From: Ptychomitrium polyphyllum
Lineage: Eukaryota
Reading direction: 5' to 3'
Length of the DNA stretch: 64,000 nt
NCBI GenBank assembly: GCA_973851085.1
Contig: OZ316776.1
Coordinates: 372,001 to 436,000 of the forward strand
The translations under genes were made by a program, and so were the position numbers. This document shows positions 1-13,632 of the stretch, piece by piece (position 1 is the first letter of the stretch; each line of letters starts with the position of its first letter). The notes below the pieces were generated by a model. The model had not been told where the DNA came from. It searched no databases and saw only the letters and a program-made list of their open reading frames with translations.

Positions 1-243
1 CTGCCACTCACAAGCCCACCCATTACCAGAGCTATCATGGAATCCTCGTTTCACTTTGAAACTTTCTCGCCGAGAACAATACCCAAAGACAATGCATGTT
101 CGGTCGTTCCACAACAAGAGACAAGGAACACCAACTGATAACGAACAGGACCCCAATACAGGTCTGTTAGCTCAGCGTTGACCTTTCCATAACCTGACTG
201 ACAAGAAAGCACAAGACTAAAGGCAATAAGTACAAAAGCATAC

Positions 244-3200
244 CACTAGGTAAGCAAAGGCAAAGCCAGTGCCCATGATAAGCAGATGTGGTTGGTTTCT
301 GATGACATCTGCTGGTGATACCCACCCCCTGCACAAGATTCAACAGAAGTTGATGGGATCAGGAATAGTTGTGCTAAGTACCATTACAACAAACGACTTC
401 CATTAAACGCATGTTAACAATTCTGCTGAAATTCCACCTAGCATAAACTTTAAATGAAGAGCTGCTGCAAGCCAACAATATCGTGAGCTCAAGCAAGTGA
501 CGTACCAGAAAATAACTCCTCCCACAAGAGTCCAAAAAGGCAGGAGCTGGAAAGGGAACATGCGACAAAAATATTTTTTTATCAGTAATGTAAATCATAT
601 CTGGAGAAGATTTGAAATTCTTTTGGCAATCTTCAGAAGCATACCAACCGACAATATTAGTTACAATCCGGTTCCAGAAAGCTTATAAAACAACTCCTAT
701 CCTTTCAAGAACTCTCTAAAAATTAAAGTTCCCATGCCTGCTAATCCTAAACATCCATATTTGACATAGAGGCACTTGGGAAAAATGGTTTAGAAACTTG
801 CCATCGCCAGTGCTGTCCTAAAGCTTGTACCCCTTCCCCTCACCACTTTGTGAACGTTGACAAAACTACACCAAGCAATGAAAATTGAATGAGTGAACAA
901 TCCAGCAATTCGTCCATCTTACTGAACCAAATTAATGATCCACAAAATGCAGGTATAAGAGTAGGCAATTGGGGAACAGCTTACTTGTAACCCACGGTAG
1001 GGAGAACAGCCACCGACATCATCAGAAAAATGACAACCACCGTTACAGATACATCTACACAATATTTGCGAATTAACATATAGTCAGTTATAAGTCAACA
1101 TATAATTAGCTATCTCCCAGAAATGCACTTAAAAACCCACCATCATAACGCCATGACTCTTAGAGGACCTTGAGATCTTACCAGGTACAAATGGAACCAT
1201 CCCCAGACCGGGAATGGCCTTCCTGATGCTTTGTGTCCACCACATAGGACCTGTACAAGCGATGGATATTCAGAAGCAGAAAATCGTAAGGTTCTACAGT
1301 ATTCCGGAATCCTAAATAAACAACTATTGAGCGGCAACAAGAAATTGGCAATACAATATCGAATTTCTTATGTACGCATGTAAGCTGATGAGATGAAAAG
1401 GGTCATCGTCAAAAGAAGCTATACCAACAATTGCAGTGAAAATGTGAGCCAGATAAATGAGCATCAGCCCTTCAGTAGGGCCGTTGATTTCTGGAAGAAT
1501 GAGTGTGTCCGTGAAGAAACTGTACATGAGCCAACATCCACCACAAAAATGACAACCTATCACTGAGAGGTTCTAAAGAAACTCGAAATGTGGGTATTCC
1601 AAACTATGTTTTCTAAGGTCCATGTACCCCCACAGCAACCCCAAAAAAACAACAATAAATACTTGCAAAAAAGGGTACCAAGCATGGATAAAGGTTTTAC
1701 CTTTCCCAAGTGGCACCGTAGAATGGGATGGTAGCAATCACCCAGAACCAGAATGACAACTTGCCACTCATCACAGAAGATGCAAAAGCCATGGTCTCGA
1801 ACTGTCAAGTAACAATCATGCAGAACATTAGTAAGAATTACAATATAATACCACAATATAACATTAAGTCGATGCAAACCTTCATAATTAACTCCACTTA
1901 ATGTGTTAAAAATTCTCGGCAACTAATTTCACATCACGAGTCATGTTGCCAAATAGCAGCACTCATAAAGTGTAAAAAATATATAATCCGGAATGTGTTA
2001 CTAACCGAACAAGTCAGGGCGTCACAACCTGTCCAATAAGGAGCATAAGCGAACAACAAAATTGTGTCAATACCATTAGCAGCGTCGCGTCTCTGAGACC
2101 TAATTTGTCAGATAATACTCTTGCAATGCAGATTAAATGACAGTAAACTCTAGCATAAACGTAACATTATAGACGTAGACAGCCATATATATCAAACTCA
2201 ATAAGTCAGCAATCAACTAATAAATCTACCACCAAGTGCTGAGTTTATAGCAATGTTTTACCATGATCAAACAGCTCTCCAAGAGGACTTGAAGAGTTTG
2301 TCCGCCTAGCTTGCTTGCCATCAACAGCATCAAAAGTCTGCCACGGAAATTCATTTTAGAGTCGTCCTACCCTCAATTTCTGATCAAAACTCAGTCTGCT
2401 AAAAGAAAAATCAAAGCAAATAATACAACAAAGAACTCGCGGCTGGAAAAGTATCAAGTAACTGATACCAAGTGTTTTAATTGCAATTTATGGATGAGAC
2501 GTCACAAAAAATCATAATTCCAGGGTCTTGAAATTGACCTGGTAAAGAAAGAGCAGGATGCCATGTGCTAAGGACACCCAGCGAGGAGCGGGAACATCCA
2601 AATGCGGTGCGTAGATCTGTCATCAAGCAATTTCTCAGAGTTGAACCGAATACCATTGCAGCTCAAAATTGTTTTACGCCAGTTAACAATACCAAATCTT
2701 AACCAAAGATCACCCATCAATCCTCCAATGCCTTCCAAAAATGAACCAAACAACGACGACATTCCATCAAAGAGTCCAGGAAGCAAGGACATACGTAGCT
2801 CAATAACGCTGAAGTCAGGATCATACCAAATCCCAACAAAGTAATCTGTCACACCCAAAAACGAAACAACAGCACAGTCAAAATCCTAAACATTGCATCA
2901 CAAAAGAGAAACAACAAGTCCTCTACTGCCACTTCAACGCAAAATAATCTCCCAACGGAACAAATGCAATCTAAACCAGAAAAATTCACGTGATCCAACA
3001 AAACCACAAAGCCTAAAACGTACCATGTTGGGACTGTGAACCGTACGCCAAGGTCGAACGCAAAACCAACACATCCAACGACAGCCAGAATCAGAAAAGT
3101 CGACGAAATCCTCCAATTTTCATGAAATCTCAAGGATCAAGCGTGCGTGGTCTGGAAGGGATGGAGATGGGTCAATTGCTTACGGCATCCACATGGGGAA

Positions 3201-3320
3201 GATATTGACGGCCTGGCGCCAGAAGGGCTGGAACACCCATTTGGCCATGTAGGAACGATCGATGCCGCTGTACTTGTAGCGCTGCAGCGCCTCCACGCCA
3301 TGCTTCCCGACGTAGCCCAT
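244..3320 (-). CDS. AAPT1: Aminoalcoholphosphotransferase (choline/ethanolamine phosphotransferase); 3' end lies beyond the left edge of the window
   Basis: Exons 3184-3320 ([34 protein letters not shown]), 3024-3033 (microexon), ~2793-2846, ~2539-2616, 2262-2337 (CDP-alcohol motif [23 protein letters not shown]), 2006-2028 (GCDALTCS), 1701-1801, ~1423-1519 (NGPTEG), ~1182-1249, 985-1054, 802-865, 506-546, 244-328. Splice phases are consistent where checked. Confidence 0.95.
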
Positions 3321-3333
3321 CGCTGCGGGGGGG

Positions 3334-3397
3334 GCAACGCAACGCAACGCAACGCAACGCAACGCAAAGTAACGCAAGGCAACGCAAGGCAAGGCAA
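3334..3397. repeat. (GCAAC/GCAAG)n pentanucleotide microsatellite just upstream of the AAPT ATG
   Basis: gcaacgcaacgcaac...gcaaggcaaggcaa, seen directly. Confidence 0.9.
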
Positions 3398-5484
3398 AAC
3401 AGGAGGGTGCAAATGCAGGATTTGAGTGCAGCTTGACTACAAAACTTGCCCCTCTCCCCTCCCCTCCCCTCCCCGCACCATCACCATCACCACCACCATC
3501 ACCGCAGTGCAAAACCTCGCCCCCTCTGCCCCTTCGCACGCCCTTCGCCGTCATTGCTCCCTTTCCCGGCACTTTCTCCGCACTTCCTAGATGCCTCCCT
3601 CTCATGTTCTTGACGCCTATATTCACTTCGGCTTTAGGTCCCCTGACGACCGCATGTGGGCCCCACTTAGGGTTCGCTTTTGCGAAATTTAGGGCTGAGG
3701 TGTCGGTGGTTCGGCTGACCTAGTCCGCGGCCTGGCGGCCATGCACGCGTGGCGGATATTGAAGATTCGCCCGGCCCTTTGGGACTCCGATGGTGAGGTG
3801 GCAGGTACTCGAGACGTGGCGTTGGCTGCGTAGAGGATGTTCTGTACAGTTGGCCACGGCGGTGTGGACCAGAAAGAAGGCCCCGGAGCAGGATGATGCA
3901 GGCAGTGTTTTGTTTTTTTCCCCAAATACAAACGAAATGACAGTTCCGACGCTCTAGAAGCACCCCCGTTGAGTGTTGTACCCCTTGGGTTGGGGGCGTC
4001 GTTGCACCCACCATTTCGTGTCTCTAAATTTGGCGGTCTCAACTCCACCTATAAGTCCAAAGTTTCCCCTCTCTCAAATGCTTTGTTGAATTTCGTACAT
4101 AGTCAATGTTACAGTGTTCTAGAATTAGAAATTGGGGTAGCATTTCGCAGTAATCGTATAGTATTCCGTATGAATGTGTAAATAAAATGTAAATGTAAGC
4201 AAATTATAAAATTATAATTTGATGAATTCTTTGACAAGCTTAAACATCCAAATACATTAAGATTATAGTTGTAATTGGAAAATCGAATATCCTAATCATA
4301 CAAGGTTTCTAATTCATATTTCTATAAATAGATAAGCCATGGAAATAAATAGAACCCAATATAAAATGATGTTCAACTCAAGGTTTAAAGATCTCAATTA
4401 ATCATATTTAACATGTAATTCTATAAAACACTAAGCAAACATTTTGATCAAAATGGTTCAATGTCTTATTCCCTCAACATGTAATTAAGAAACATTGAAG
4501 TAATCTTTGTATACTTTAAACTTATTTCCATTCTAAAATAAACTATAACTCATAAGAAAATTATGAAGGCAAACTCAAAAGATCAAAATATATACAAACT
4601 TCCCAGAAAAATGTTTAAAATTATAAATACAAAATTCCACGTATCCTACATTTTGATTTACTATTCTTCAACAGAGAATCTTATTGACACTCCTTAGCTA
4701 AATCTAGCTCCAGGTAAAAGTGCAGATGCAACAGATCCTCCTAGAGTTGAGCAATATTGTGTATCCACAAAACGAAGCTCAGTGCTACGTTGTATAGAGA
4801 AACGCTAGTTTCAACAACGCCAAACTGTGGATAGCAGTAACTCTCAATCACGTACAAGAGTTGGTGAACAATACGTCTTCTAAGATGAAAATCCTAACCA
4901 AGCTCTTCCAAGGAAATGGTCCTTCACACAAGGCAGATGATGAAATGTACACCTGTGATTTGAGGTATATTTCAGAATATTGCGTGAGTACATGCAAGAA
5001 AATCGTAATTGTGTCACATCTCGTAAAGGATATTCGCATCACTTCTACAACAAACTGAGTAAGGCATAGACGCTCCGAACCATTTAGTGCTTCAGGGGGT
5101 ACTAAAAGATGACTTGGGGAGAACTAAAAGCATATATAACAAGAGCGGCATTTGCCGTTCTTCACTGGCATGAGGACTACCAATAAAATCTCTGTATGAA
5201 TGTCGAAGCACTAACAAAAGTCTACAATTTCCTGTTGCTCTTCCGCTCCTAATGAACAAGGCTCCAGCACAGGTCTCATAGTTTGATTTCAAATCAGGTC
5301 ACTGCTCAGGGACTCTGACTAGAAAATCGTCTAGTTGCTTCCAGTAATTGTGCTCGTATTTCAGTCCAAGGTTCCACTAATTGAATTATGCCACAGTGCA
5401 TGCGTGCAAATTTATCCACAGTAAACAGAGGCAAAAGAAATTCACAAAAATGAATTATGTGTCAAAGATAGGGCTGGCTGCTTA

Positions 5485-6668
5485 TTAAGACATATCGGAA
5501 TCATCCACTTTCTCTGCCTTCGAAGTAATCTTCTGCACGTAACCTGTAAAAACATCACATCCTTTCAGCTGATGTTCCCTTTTCTTCCCTTGCCTTCTCT
5601 CAATAACTCACGCAAGGAGAACTTTTTTTTGAAAAGCAATCTCATGCTATTCCCTCGCACTTGTCTGATATGTTAAGAAGAGAACGTTGTAAGTCTCAAG
5701 AAGCCTGTTTGAACAGTTACCAGGTGTCCGATCTCAAAACCAAGATAAATCAAACGATTCGTCGCCATGTTTGACTTACTGAAGGAGAAGGGTTTAGGGC
5801 TTTAGCAAGCTCCATAACCACGAACTCCTTCGGCCAGTTTGTTAATCATAGCTACATACCACGAAGGTACATCAAATAATGTTGCGAAAAACATAACCAC
5901 GAACAGTGAAGATTGGATACCTATGCCTATGCAAGCAATGCACTTGCTGATTACTTCTTTGCCTCGTTTCCTATAAAAGCTGACCTCCCCTGTTCCTTGA
6001 CATCTTGAGCACTTTGCCATCCACTGGTACACGGGAGCCTTACAATTCTGAAATTGCAAAAAATGCAAGAATTCAGTCAACGTGGACCAGCTCAAAACTT
6101 AAATTTCGGAATCCTCTTCAGTGCTTGTCCCTAAAAGAAAGGTTTGCAAAATTCCAGCAGTATTCAGATTCATTCTCGAGCAGGGCGATGCTGGAAGATC
6201 CAGACAGAATCGCGGAGAGCTCAGCATAAGGAAAAAAGGACTAACCTCTTTCTCGGCATCACAATTAAACATGGCGTCTATCTCTTTCTTCGTCGCAGGT
6301 TCAAGTCCAGGATAAGCCAGGGGCAGCGACAACGGCGAGTCGCCGCTTAGTGCACTCTCGTTATGCTTGGACCACTTCTCCTTCGCACCGGCTTTCACCT
6401 CACCTCTCGACTCCGTCTCGCCTTGACTCCGTCTCCGCCCCACTCCAGGCGTCAAGGGCCACTGAAAATCTGCGAAATCCGGCTGCTGATTCGGAAACGC
6501 AGGATCCAAAGCTGCGGATATTCGACACGGCTTCGCTTGCTTCCTCCATTTATCGCTACCTGATTGCAATGGCGAAACACCTCCACTCAAAGGCATCCCC
6601 GCGCCACGAACCACTGACAACGCCCCTACTGCCTCCAACACTTGATGAGTTGCAGCAACACCATACAT
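5485..6668 (-). CDS. SCO2: SCO2/CYO1-like plastid DnaJ-type zinc-finger protein (protein disulfide isomerase / thylakoid biogenesis factor)
   Basis: Exons 6246-6668, 5921-6047 ([42 protein letters not shown]) and 5485-5543 (GYVQKITSK...DMS*). Two CxxCxGxG motifs and a GYVQKIT C-terminus as recalled for SCO2; transit-peptide-like N-terminus. Confidence 0.85.
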
Positions 6669-7262
6669 TTGTTCCGAATCCCAATAGTCCAAGCTCCCAC
6701 CCTCCCGCCCTCCCTCGCTCTCTCTCTCCTCTCTCTCCTCTCTCTCTCTCTGCCCCACCCCTCGGCTGCTCAGGGTCACGTGGTAAAGAAAAGAGCGCCC
6801 CTGTGCTCCAAGTCCACCTACAAAAGAATGCTAATGCAGCAAACGTACGTGAGGTGCACTTGTATAGCAAAGCGGCAGTGCACCACATCTGAAATGCAAT
6901 TAGGGACGGCTGGCGTGAGCCTGGACGTGCGAGGTAGAGCACCAAGGAAAGCAGGACAGCGCCCACGGACAGAGTTCGCTTGCTTTCACGGTGGCAAAGT
7001 GCAACGAGCGCAGACCTGTCACGTGAGCCTGTGAATGCATGGGAATGCGGATGGGATAAGCGGCGCCCAACCGTCACGCGCCCGCAACAGAGTTCCACAG
7101 CACTCCACGCTGCCCAAGCCTCCGTCTCCACGCACCTCGGGCCCCGCTTCGAATGCGCCTTGCCTACTCGCCCCCGCCACGCTTTTCGTCCCACCGCTGC
7201 CAGCATGGTCCTCCATTCCTTGCCGTTCTCCACTGCTGTTACAATAGGGGTGTTCCGTTGCT

Positions 7263-7297
7263 CCCTCATCCCTCATCCCTCATCCCTCATCCCTCAT
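7263..7297. repeat. (CCCTCAT)5 heptamer tandem repeat upstream of SCO2
   Basis: Five exact copies. Confidence 0.9.
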
Positions 7298-9048
7298 TCC
7301 ACCCCATTTTCATTATCACTAATAGTATTATACTCATAAATGCTTGATGACTTTTATATTATGAATTTCTATTATATTCCCATATATCCTGGTGCTACAT
7401 TAGTTATCATTGATGACTTTCATATTATAACATTGTCATACATACATCATCGTTATATATAAGTTGAGAAGGATCTAAATGGTCTAAGTTAAAGACAGCT
7501 TAATTCTATAAACAATTCTATACATCTATCTAGTGTACAATGAAACTTCCATTAAAACTTGTATCGTTCATTTACATCTACAAGTATTAAATATTTATTA
7601 AGCATTATTTAATAAGTTTTAAACATCATCCCTGAATTAATCTTTATAATAAATAACTACTTAATTCCTTGATTCTAAAATATCATATAGTAGAATTATA
7701 CTATTCCATTGATTTTATGGAAACCTCCATGTACAATACAATAAACAATATTGTAAACAATATATATAAAGGTTATACACTATAATACATTAAAATAATT
7801 ATGCTCATTATAAATTATTCATAAATGGCTATTGGCATTTTGCAACTAATACTACTTATTTTGTTGATGATAATGAATGTGTTGTTGCTACAATTAAAAT
7901 TTAAAAATAAGTTTGGGCATATTTTAATCTTTAAGATGAATCATACATACAGCCATATTTCACATGTAAAAATTGTATATTCTGATGAATTTTAATAGAA
8001 ATTTAAACACCCATTTAATTATTTAATTAAATGTAAGAACTAATATTTTTATTTAAAAAACATAAAATCTTTTTTAATTGAATAGAAATTCTCTCCTACA
8101 TCATTTGCCAAATAAACCACAAATATGGAATTTTATTAATTAAGATATCAAATTTTGAAGTTTCTAATTCATGAAAAACAAGTTATATACAAAATTTAGT
8201 ATTTATTGAATAAATGTGCCATTAAACTTCTTCTTGCTTGTTAAATTAAAAATTTCATATTGCATACCATCTACATTGTTCAATATCATAAACTTATATT
8301 TATGATCTTTATTCAAAAATAATAATTTTAATATAATCCATTTTTTATTTTTAAATGTTGGTACATTTTGGAAAAGTCCATAAGACTTAAAGTATATGAA
8401 ACCACATATCACAATATAAAAACCTACTTCTACATCTCATTTTATATAATTTAAAAAAAAATTCCCTTTGTTTTAAAAATAATATTATCTTTAGTCTTCC
8501 AAATTATAAAGCCAAGAAAAATAATCTTATTACCATTGCAAACTTTTTAATTAAAACAATTGCACATGAGTAGATTCTAAATTTTAAAATTTCCGTTTGG
8601 AAAATATTGATAATTAATGTATATCATTTCAAAAAAATCAAAAAAATATCAAACTTTTTCATGTTCATATACAAGCAAGCGATTTCACCTTCAAACACAA
8701 AGAAAATTAATTAGGCCGCTTTATACCTTATTTTATGACCTACAAAATAAGAGATCTATTTCAAATTTAAAAAGTTTAATTATATGATTGATCTAAATAT
8801 TAAAATAATTTTTTAAGGCTTTATATCTATCATGATGTTTATAGAAGAAGCAATTTGAAGATGGATGAAAAAATGAGTTCATTGCCTACATTGTAGCAAT
8901 AATTGCAAAAAAATCTTTAAAAGTATTTTTAAATCGGTATTTAAAGAAGTGAATGAAAAATAAAATTACATTTTCCATTTTATCTTCCTAAATTATTCAT
9001 ATTTTGGATTGAACTATTGGATTTGTTTTATATTCCATGCATAAAAGA

Positions 9049-9908
9049 TATCACGGACATAGGTCATGCAACATAGTCTTTAGAACCTTCTAGAACCTTC
9101 TAGTATATTGTAGTAGATTCCTAGAATACTTTCAAATGTTTCCATAATCGTTTCTACATTTTCAGGAAATTTCTTAGGAAAGTTCTAGTACTTTAAGAAA
9201 CTTCTTAGGAAACTTCTATCACTTCAAAAAACTTCCAAGGAAAGTTTCACCACTTCTAGAAACTTCTTAGGAAGACTCCATCACCTCAAAGAACTTCCTA
9301 AAAAGGTTCTAATTCTTTAAGAAACTTCCTAAGAAGGTTCCACCATTTTAGAAAATTCCTAAAGAAGGTTCCAATTCTTTGGAAGCTTCTTATGAATGTT
9401 CCATAGACTTCTAGAACATTCTTCAGCCTTGGAAGAAGCTGTCACGGACATAGATCATGCAACATAGTCCTTAGAACAGTCTAGAATCTTCTAGTATATT
9501 ATAATAGCTTCTTAGAATACTTTTAAATGTCTCCATAACATTTCCATATTTTTTAAAAGCTTCCTAAAAAATTTCTTTCACCTTAGGGAACTTCCTAAGA
9601 AGGCTCCATCATCTCAGGTAACTTCTTAGGAAACTTCCTACAAAGATTCTACCACCTTAGGAAACTTCCTAGAAAGGTTCTATCTCTTTAGGAAACTTCT
9701 TTAGAAGTATCCTAGGAGATACAAACGTCATAGTATAAATAGGAGGCAAGACAAGATGTTCCTTAGTCTTGCTTACACAAGTTGTGGATTATCTTGAATC
9801 TTGCCTTATTCTAGTCTTTGTATCAAGTTCTTGTTAATCATTAGCTCTTTGGAAGCTAATCCTTGGGAAACACTTCTTTTTTGCATCTAATTACTTGTAT
9901 CCCTAACA
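9049..9908 (+). mobile_element. Compound solo LTR: truncated LTR 9049-9439 plus complete LTR 9440-9908, same family as the Gypsy at 33.2-40.4 kb
   Basis: Both units start T(A/G)TCACGGACATAG.TCATGCAACATAGTC; the second ends ...TCCCTAACA and has TATAAAT at 9734. It aligns by eye to the reverse complement of 33188-33632. Flanks AAAGA / AAAGG form an imperfect TSD. Confidence 0.85.
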
Positions 9909-11276
9909 AAAGGTGTGAATCAACCTTTATTTTAATGCAAGTGAATGGCTATTTCATGAATATAATGGCATAATAGATGTGCCTCATAAGCTTTGATTTC
10001 TTTTTATTTAATTTTTTTTCAAAAAACTTGATAGTTTTTATTCTATTTGAAAATACAAATGATGATTTCATATTTAGAATCATATGTATAGAAATTCATC
10101 AAAAGAATATCTTACAATTCATTCAATAATACATTTATATACAAATTTATTTATATGAATTTTTTTAACATTGAATAATACAATATAAACTTAATAACAT
10201 AAGAAATACATAATCATAATAAGATATAGATAAAGGCTCGTCATCTAGCCGAAGTTATCTCTATGAAAGCATACTAAAAACACAAAAAACACAAAAGTAA
10301 AAAAAAATCATTTTTTTCAAACCTTTTTTATATTCTTGTACAAATACTTTTTCTAAATGAGAATCTTTTAATAAAAAAACTTAAAATAATTGAAACCTTT
10401 TAACTTTTTCTTTATCAAAAGTTGTGCAATCTTCCTAAAAAGTAAATTTCCATCCAATAGTAGATGAATTCCATTTGTACATCTAACACTATCTGTGCGT
10501 GCTCCAAGACTTTGATGAGCAAGACCAGATCCAAGACCGCAGTGTCGTGTCCAGGGCCCCTAACGTTGCCACGCCTTACGGCGATGCATCCGGACGCTCC
10601 AATGGGAGGTACCGAGATGCGCGGCTAGGATCTGTCAAGCCCGTCCCTGGCACACAGCATGGAATGGATGTAAAACATCCTAAACCATCAGTGCAACAGA
10701 AATATCAATTATCTACGGGGCGCTTAGACCGCAGATTCTGAAATGTATGTCTGCTAGGGAACATGTTCCCTCTGGGTACAGCAATGCGCAGGGGCGACGT
10801 GAGCGTGCGCAGGCACGCAGGGCAGTGCAGGGGATGATGGTGGTGTTGATGTTGGTGTCGTTGTTATCGTTGTTGTGGAAACTCTGCTCGCGCGATTCCT
10901 TGGAAGTCGTCTTTGCGTGTTTTCGATTCGTCGCTGCGTTGTGGGATTTGCCTTGATTCGCAGACGCCAGCTTTTCTTTCGTCGTGGGTTCGATTGCGAG
11001 TGGTATTATATGGCAGCCTGGGATTTTTGTAGAACGTCGACAGTGTTGAGTTTTTAGGTTTTGAAGCTCTTCAGTTGGTTTTCATCGTTTTTTGTGCACT
11101 CATGGCCATGTACGCGGGCGATGCGAATGTGCAACGCTCGCGAAGGAGGTTAATAAGGCATTGTGGTTGTGGCTGGTGAGCGATTTAGGATCGTTTTGGT
11201 GTAGCGCTTGCGCGGGATTGTTGTCGATCTTGGGAGGCGGGGTTTCTTGATTTGCTGAAGGTGGCATTGGGGCGCC

Positions 11277-12393
11277 ATGTTTTATGGGGCGATGATATGG
11301 GATCCGTGGCTGATACTTGCACAGATAGTGTGCATCCAGTCGCTGTACTACATGAGCTTGGGAGTTTTCTTGTGGGTGTTCGTTGGAACGCAAGTGCCGG
11401 AGCTGACACTCAAGTATTTTTTCAATAACTCTCTCGTCACTGGTGCTTCGGTGGTCGGGTGGAGCATCATCGCTGCTTACATTGTCAACGCTTTGTGCGG
11501 GTGAGGATTCCTTTTTCTCTTCTCTTCTTTGAAGCAATCAATTCCATCAGAACAGGGTTAAGCGAACACAACATTATTGGCCCTATGTATCTGAGCCTCT
11601 ACAGAATAGAACATTTTGCCCCTCATGCTGATTTGCAGCATGTGGTTGGCCAGCATGGCATATGCTGTGTGAATGTTCTGACTGCATACTCATGGATAAG
11701 AATGTTATGAATACCCTGATGCTACCCTTTCCTCAAGAAGTCGGCACAATAACTTCGTATTTCACTATGGCATAAGAAGGTTCCTGTCGTATGGGTTAGG
11801 ACTTACGATTTTTCTTCAAGTCCAAACTTTGAAGTTACAGAACTATTTAGAATTGCCATGAATTTCTTATTACCTTGTATGTTGGTGGAACTTTTGTTGG
11901 TGCAGAGCGGCATACGTGTTTGTACTGGTGGAGAGGGCCAAGAAGTGCTTAGATTTCACCGTGACGCTGTACATTATTCATCTCATCTTATGCTGTCTTT
12001 ACAACGGGTTCCCGACCAGCTTTCTATGGTGGTTCGTGTACGTCCTGTGTGTTGTGGTCACTGCTCTTCTAGGAGAGTGGCTTTGCATGCGACGGGAGTT
12101 GAAAGACATTCCCATGAGGAGCACTCGACTTGGTCAGTTTCTTTTTGTCCTTCTCTGCTTTCTGTGTCTATGGTTCCAATCTGCTATATAGCACGAATGC
12201 AGCAAGTCAAAACGTACCTTTTATGCAGATATAATACTAACACAATTATAATGGATATCTTCTAGAGATGGGGAAAGCAAGGAGGGTCTAATATGGAATT
12301 CTAGCTGAAAATGGTATCCTTTAATGTTTGGCTATCTTTACGATGGGTTTCTAGCACCAGTGTCTGAAACTTGTGTGGTCTGCAGATGTTTGA
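11277..12393 (+). CDS. SYS1: SYS1-like Golgi integral membrane protein
   Basis: Exons 11277-11500 (MFYGAMIWDPWLILAQIVCIQSLYY), 11906-12132 (VERAKKCLDF...LGEWLCMRRELKDIP) and 12386-12393; GT-AG introns in phase. Confidence 0.92.
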
Positions 12394-13632
12394 GCACGGA
12401 TTAGGTGTTGCACGTTGTGGAGGCTGATGATAGGATTTAGGTGTTTTGAAGCAGGAATACATGAGTTAGAACGCCAACATAGGGAGTTTCACTTCCAATG
12501 TATATTTAGAGGGGTATGATTTCAGCTTTTTAGTGGAGCAATTCTTAGGATTTTGTATATTGTACCGTTTCGGCTTTTTCTGAGGACGATAGACTCTCCA
12601 GAACTCGATCTTGCTCCAACTTCTTACATTTACTTGATTCATAATCTGTTTGTGATTACGAATTTCCTGCTTAGTTCTAGGCACAGTGACAGACCTAAAC
12701 GTTTAAATTCATGGTTGTGGGAAAATTGCAACTATCTGACAGTATTCCAGGAAGGAGGGAACACCGGTACTGTCTCATTTGTCTGATTTTTATGTACAAG
12801 CGCGTGCTTTGATGATAAAACCCTCAAGATATTGTCAAAACTCACTGCTTATCTCAATGCTAGAGAACGCAATGCATTTGCTCTATTTCAATGACTCTAG
12901 TCTCCTATTGCATTAGGAATGCCACAAATGATTCCAGTTTCCCAACCTTAGATGACAACGACCTTAGGAGTTCCTTCCCATTTTGTATGAGATAAATATT
13001 ATTATCAACTGTACAAGACAGAAGTGACACTATGTGACTACTGGAAATGAAACCTTTCACAGACTGTTGCATATTAACTGTGGTGCATTATTGCTTAGAC
13101 TTGCAGCTACTACTATATACTACACAGTACACTGTATCCACTATCACGGTATTGCTGACTTGGCCGACCGTGCAGAAGAATGCAAAACCAGAGCATTCCT
13201 TGAGATGAGCCAGCTGAATCCACGAGTGCACGTCACGATGAATGCTTTCTCCCAACAAACCGTCACTCTAACGAACGTCGTCCGAAATCCGCAACCTCAT
13301 CCACACTCTTCCGAGTTACGCTTCTCCATTTCCGGATGATGCACAGACGGCGAGCATTCAAATGTCCGAGTCTCATCCGCTCTCAACGCTCTCTTTCCCG
13401 TGGGAAGGCGTTGCTAGTCTGTGTCACATCGGAGAGATCATTTCATGTTGGTGATGCTGCCAACCAACACCTCGGCACATCTTGCAGGAGCTTGGATCAC
13501 TGCAAGGCCCAAGAAGATTCTCCTGTACAACTGAAGGTTTTGGCAATCTTTTAGCAATATTACAGGTTCAGCTTTGGAGGTTTTGGGAGGAAGAGAGAGA
13601 GCAATTGGCAGGGGAGGCTGTTGCGTGGAGTT

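Noticed and set aside
5900..5920. GTATCC donors (here and in PIGN near 61812) as U12-type introns
   Set aside because: They continue GTATCCAA, not the U12 consensus GTATCCTT.
9060..9720. Recurring AGAAACTTCCTAAG-like units resembling a CRISPR or satellite array
   Set aside because: Degenerate internal sub-repeats of the LTR, also present in the other LTR copies; the context is eukaryotic.
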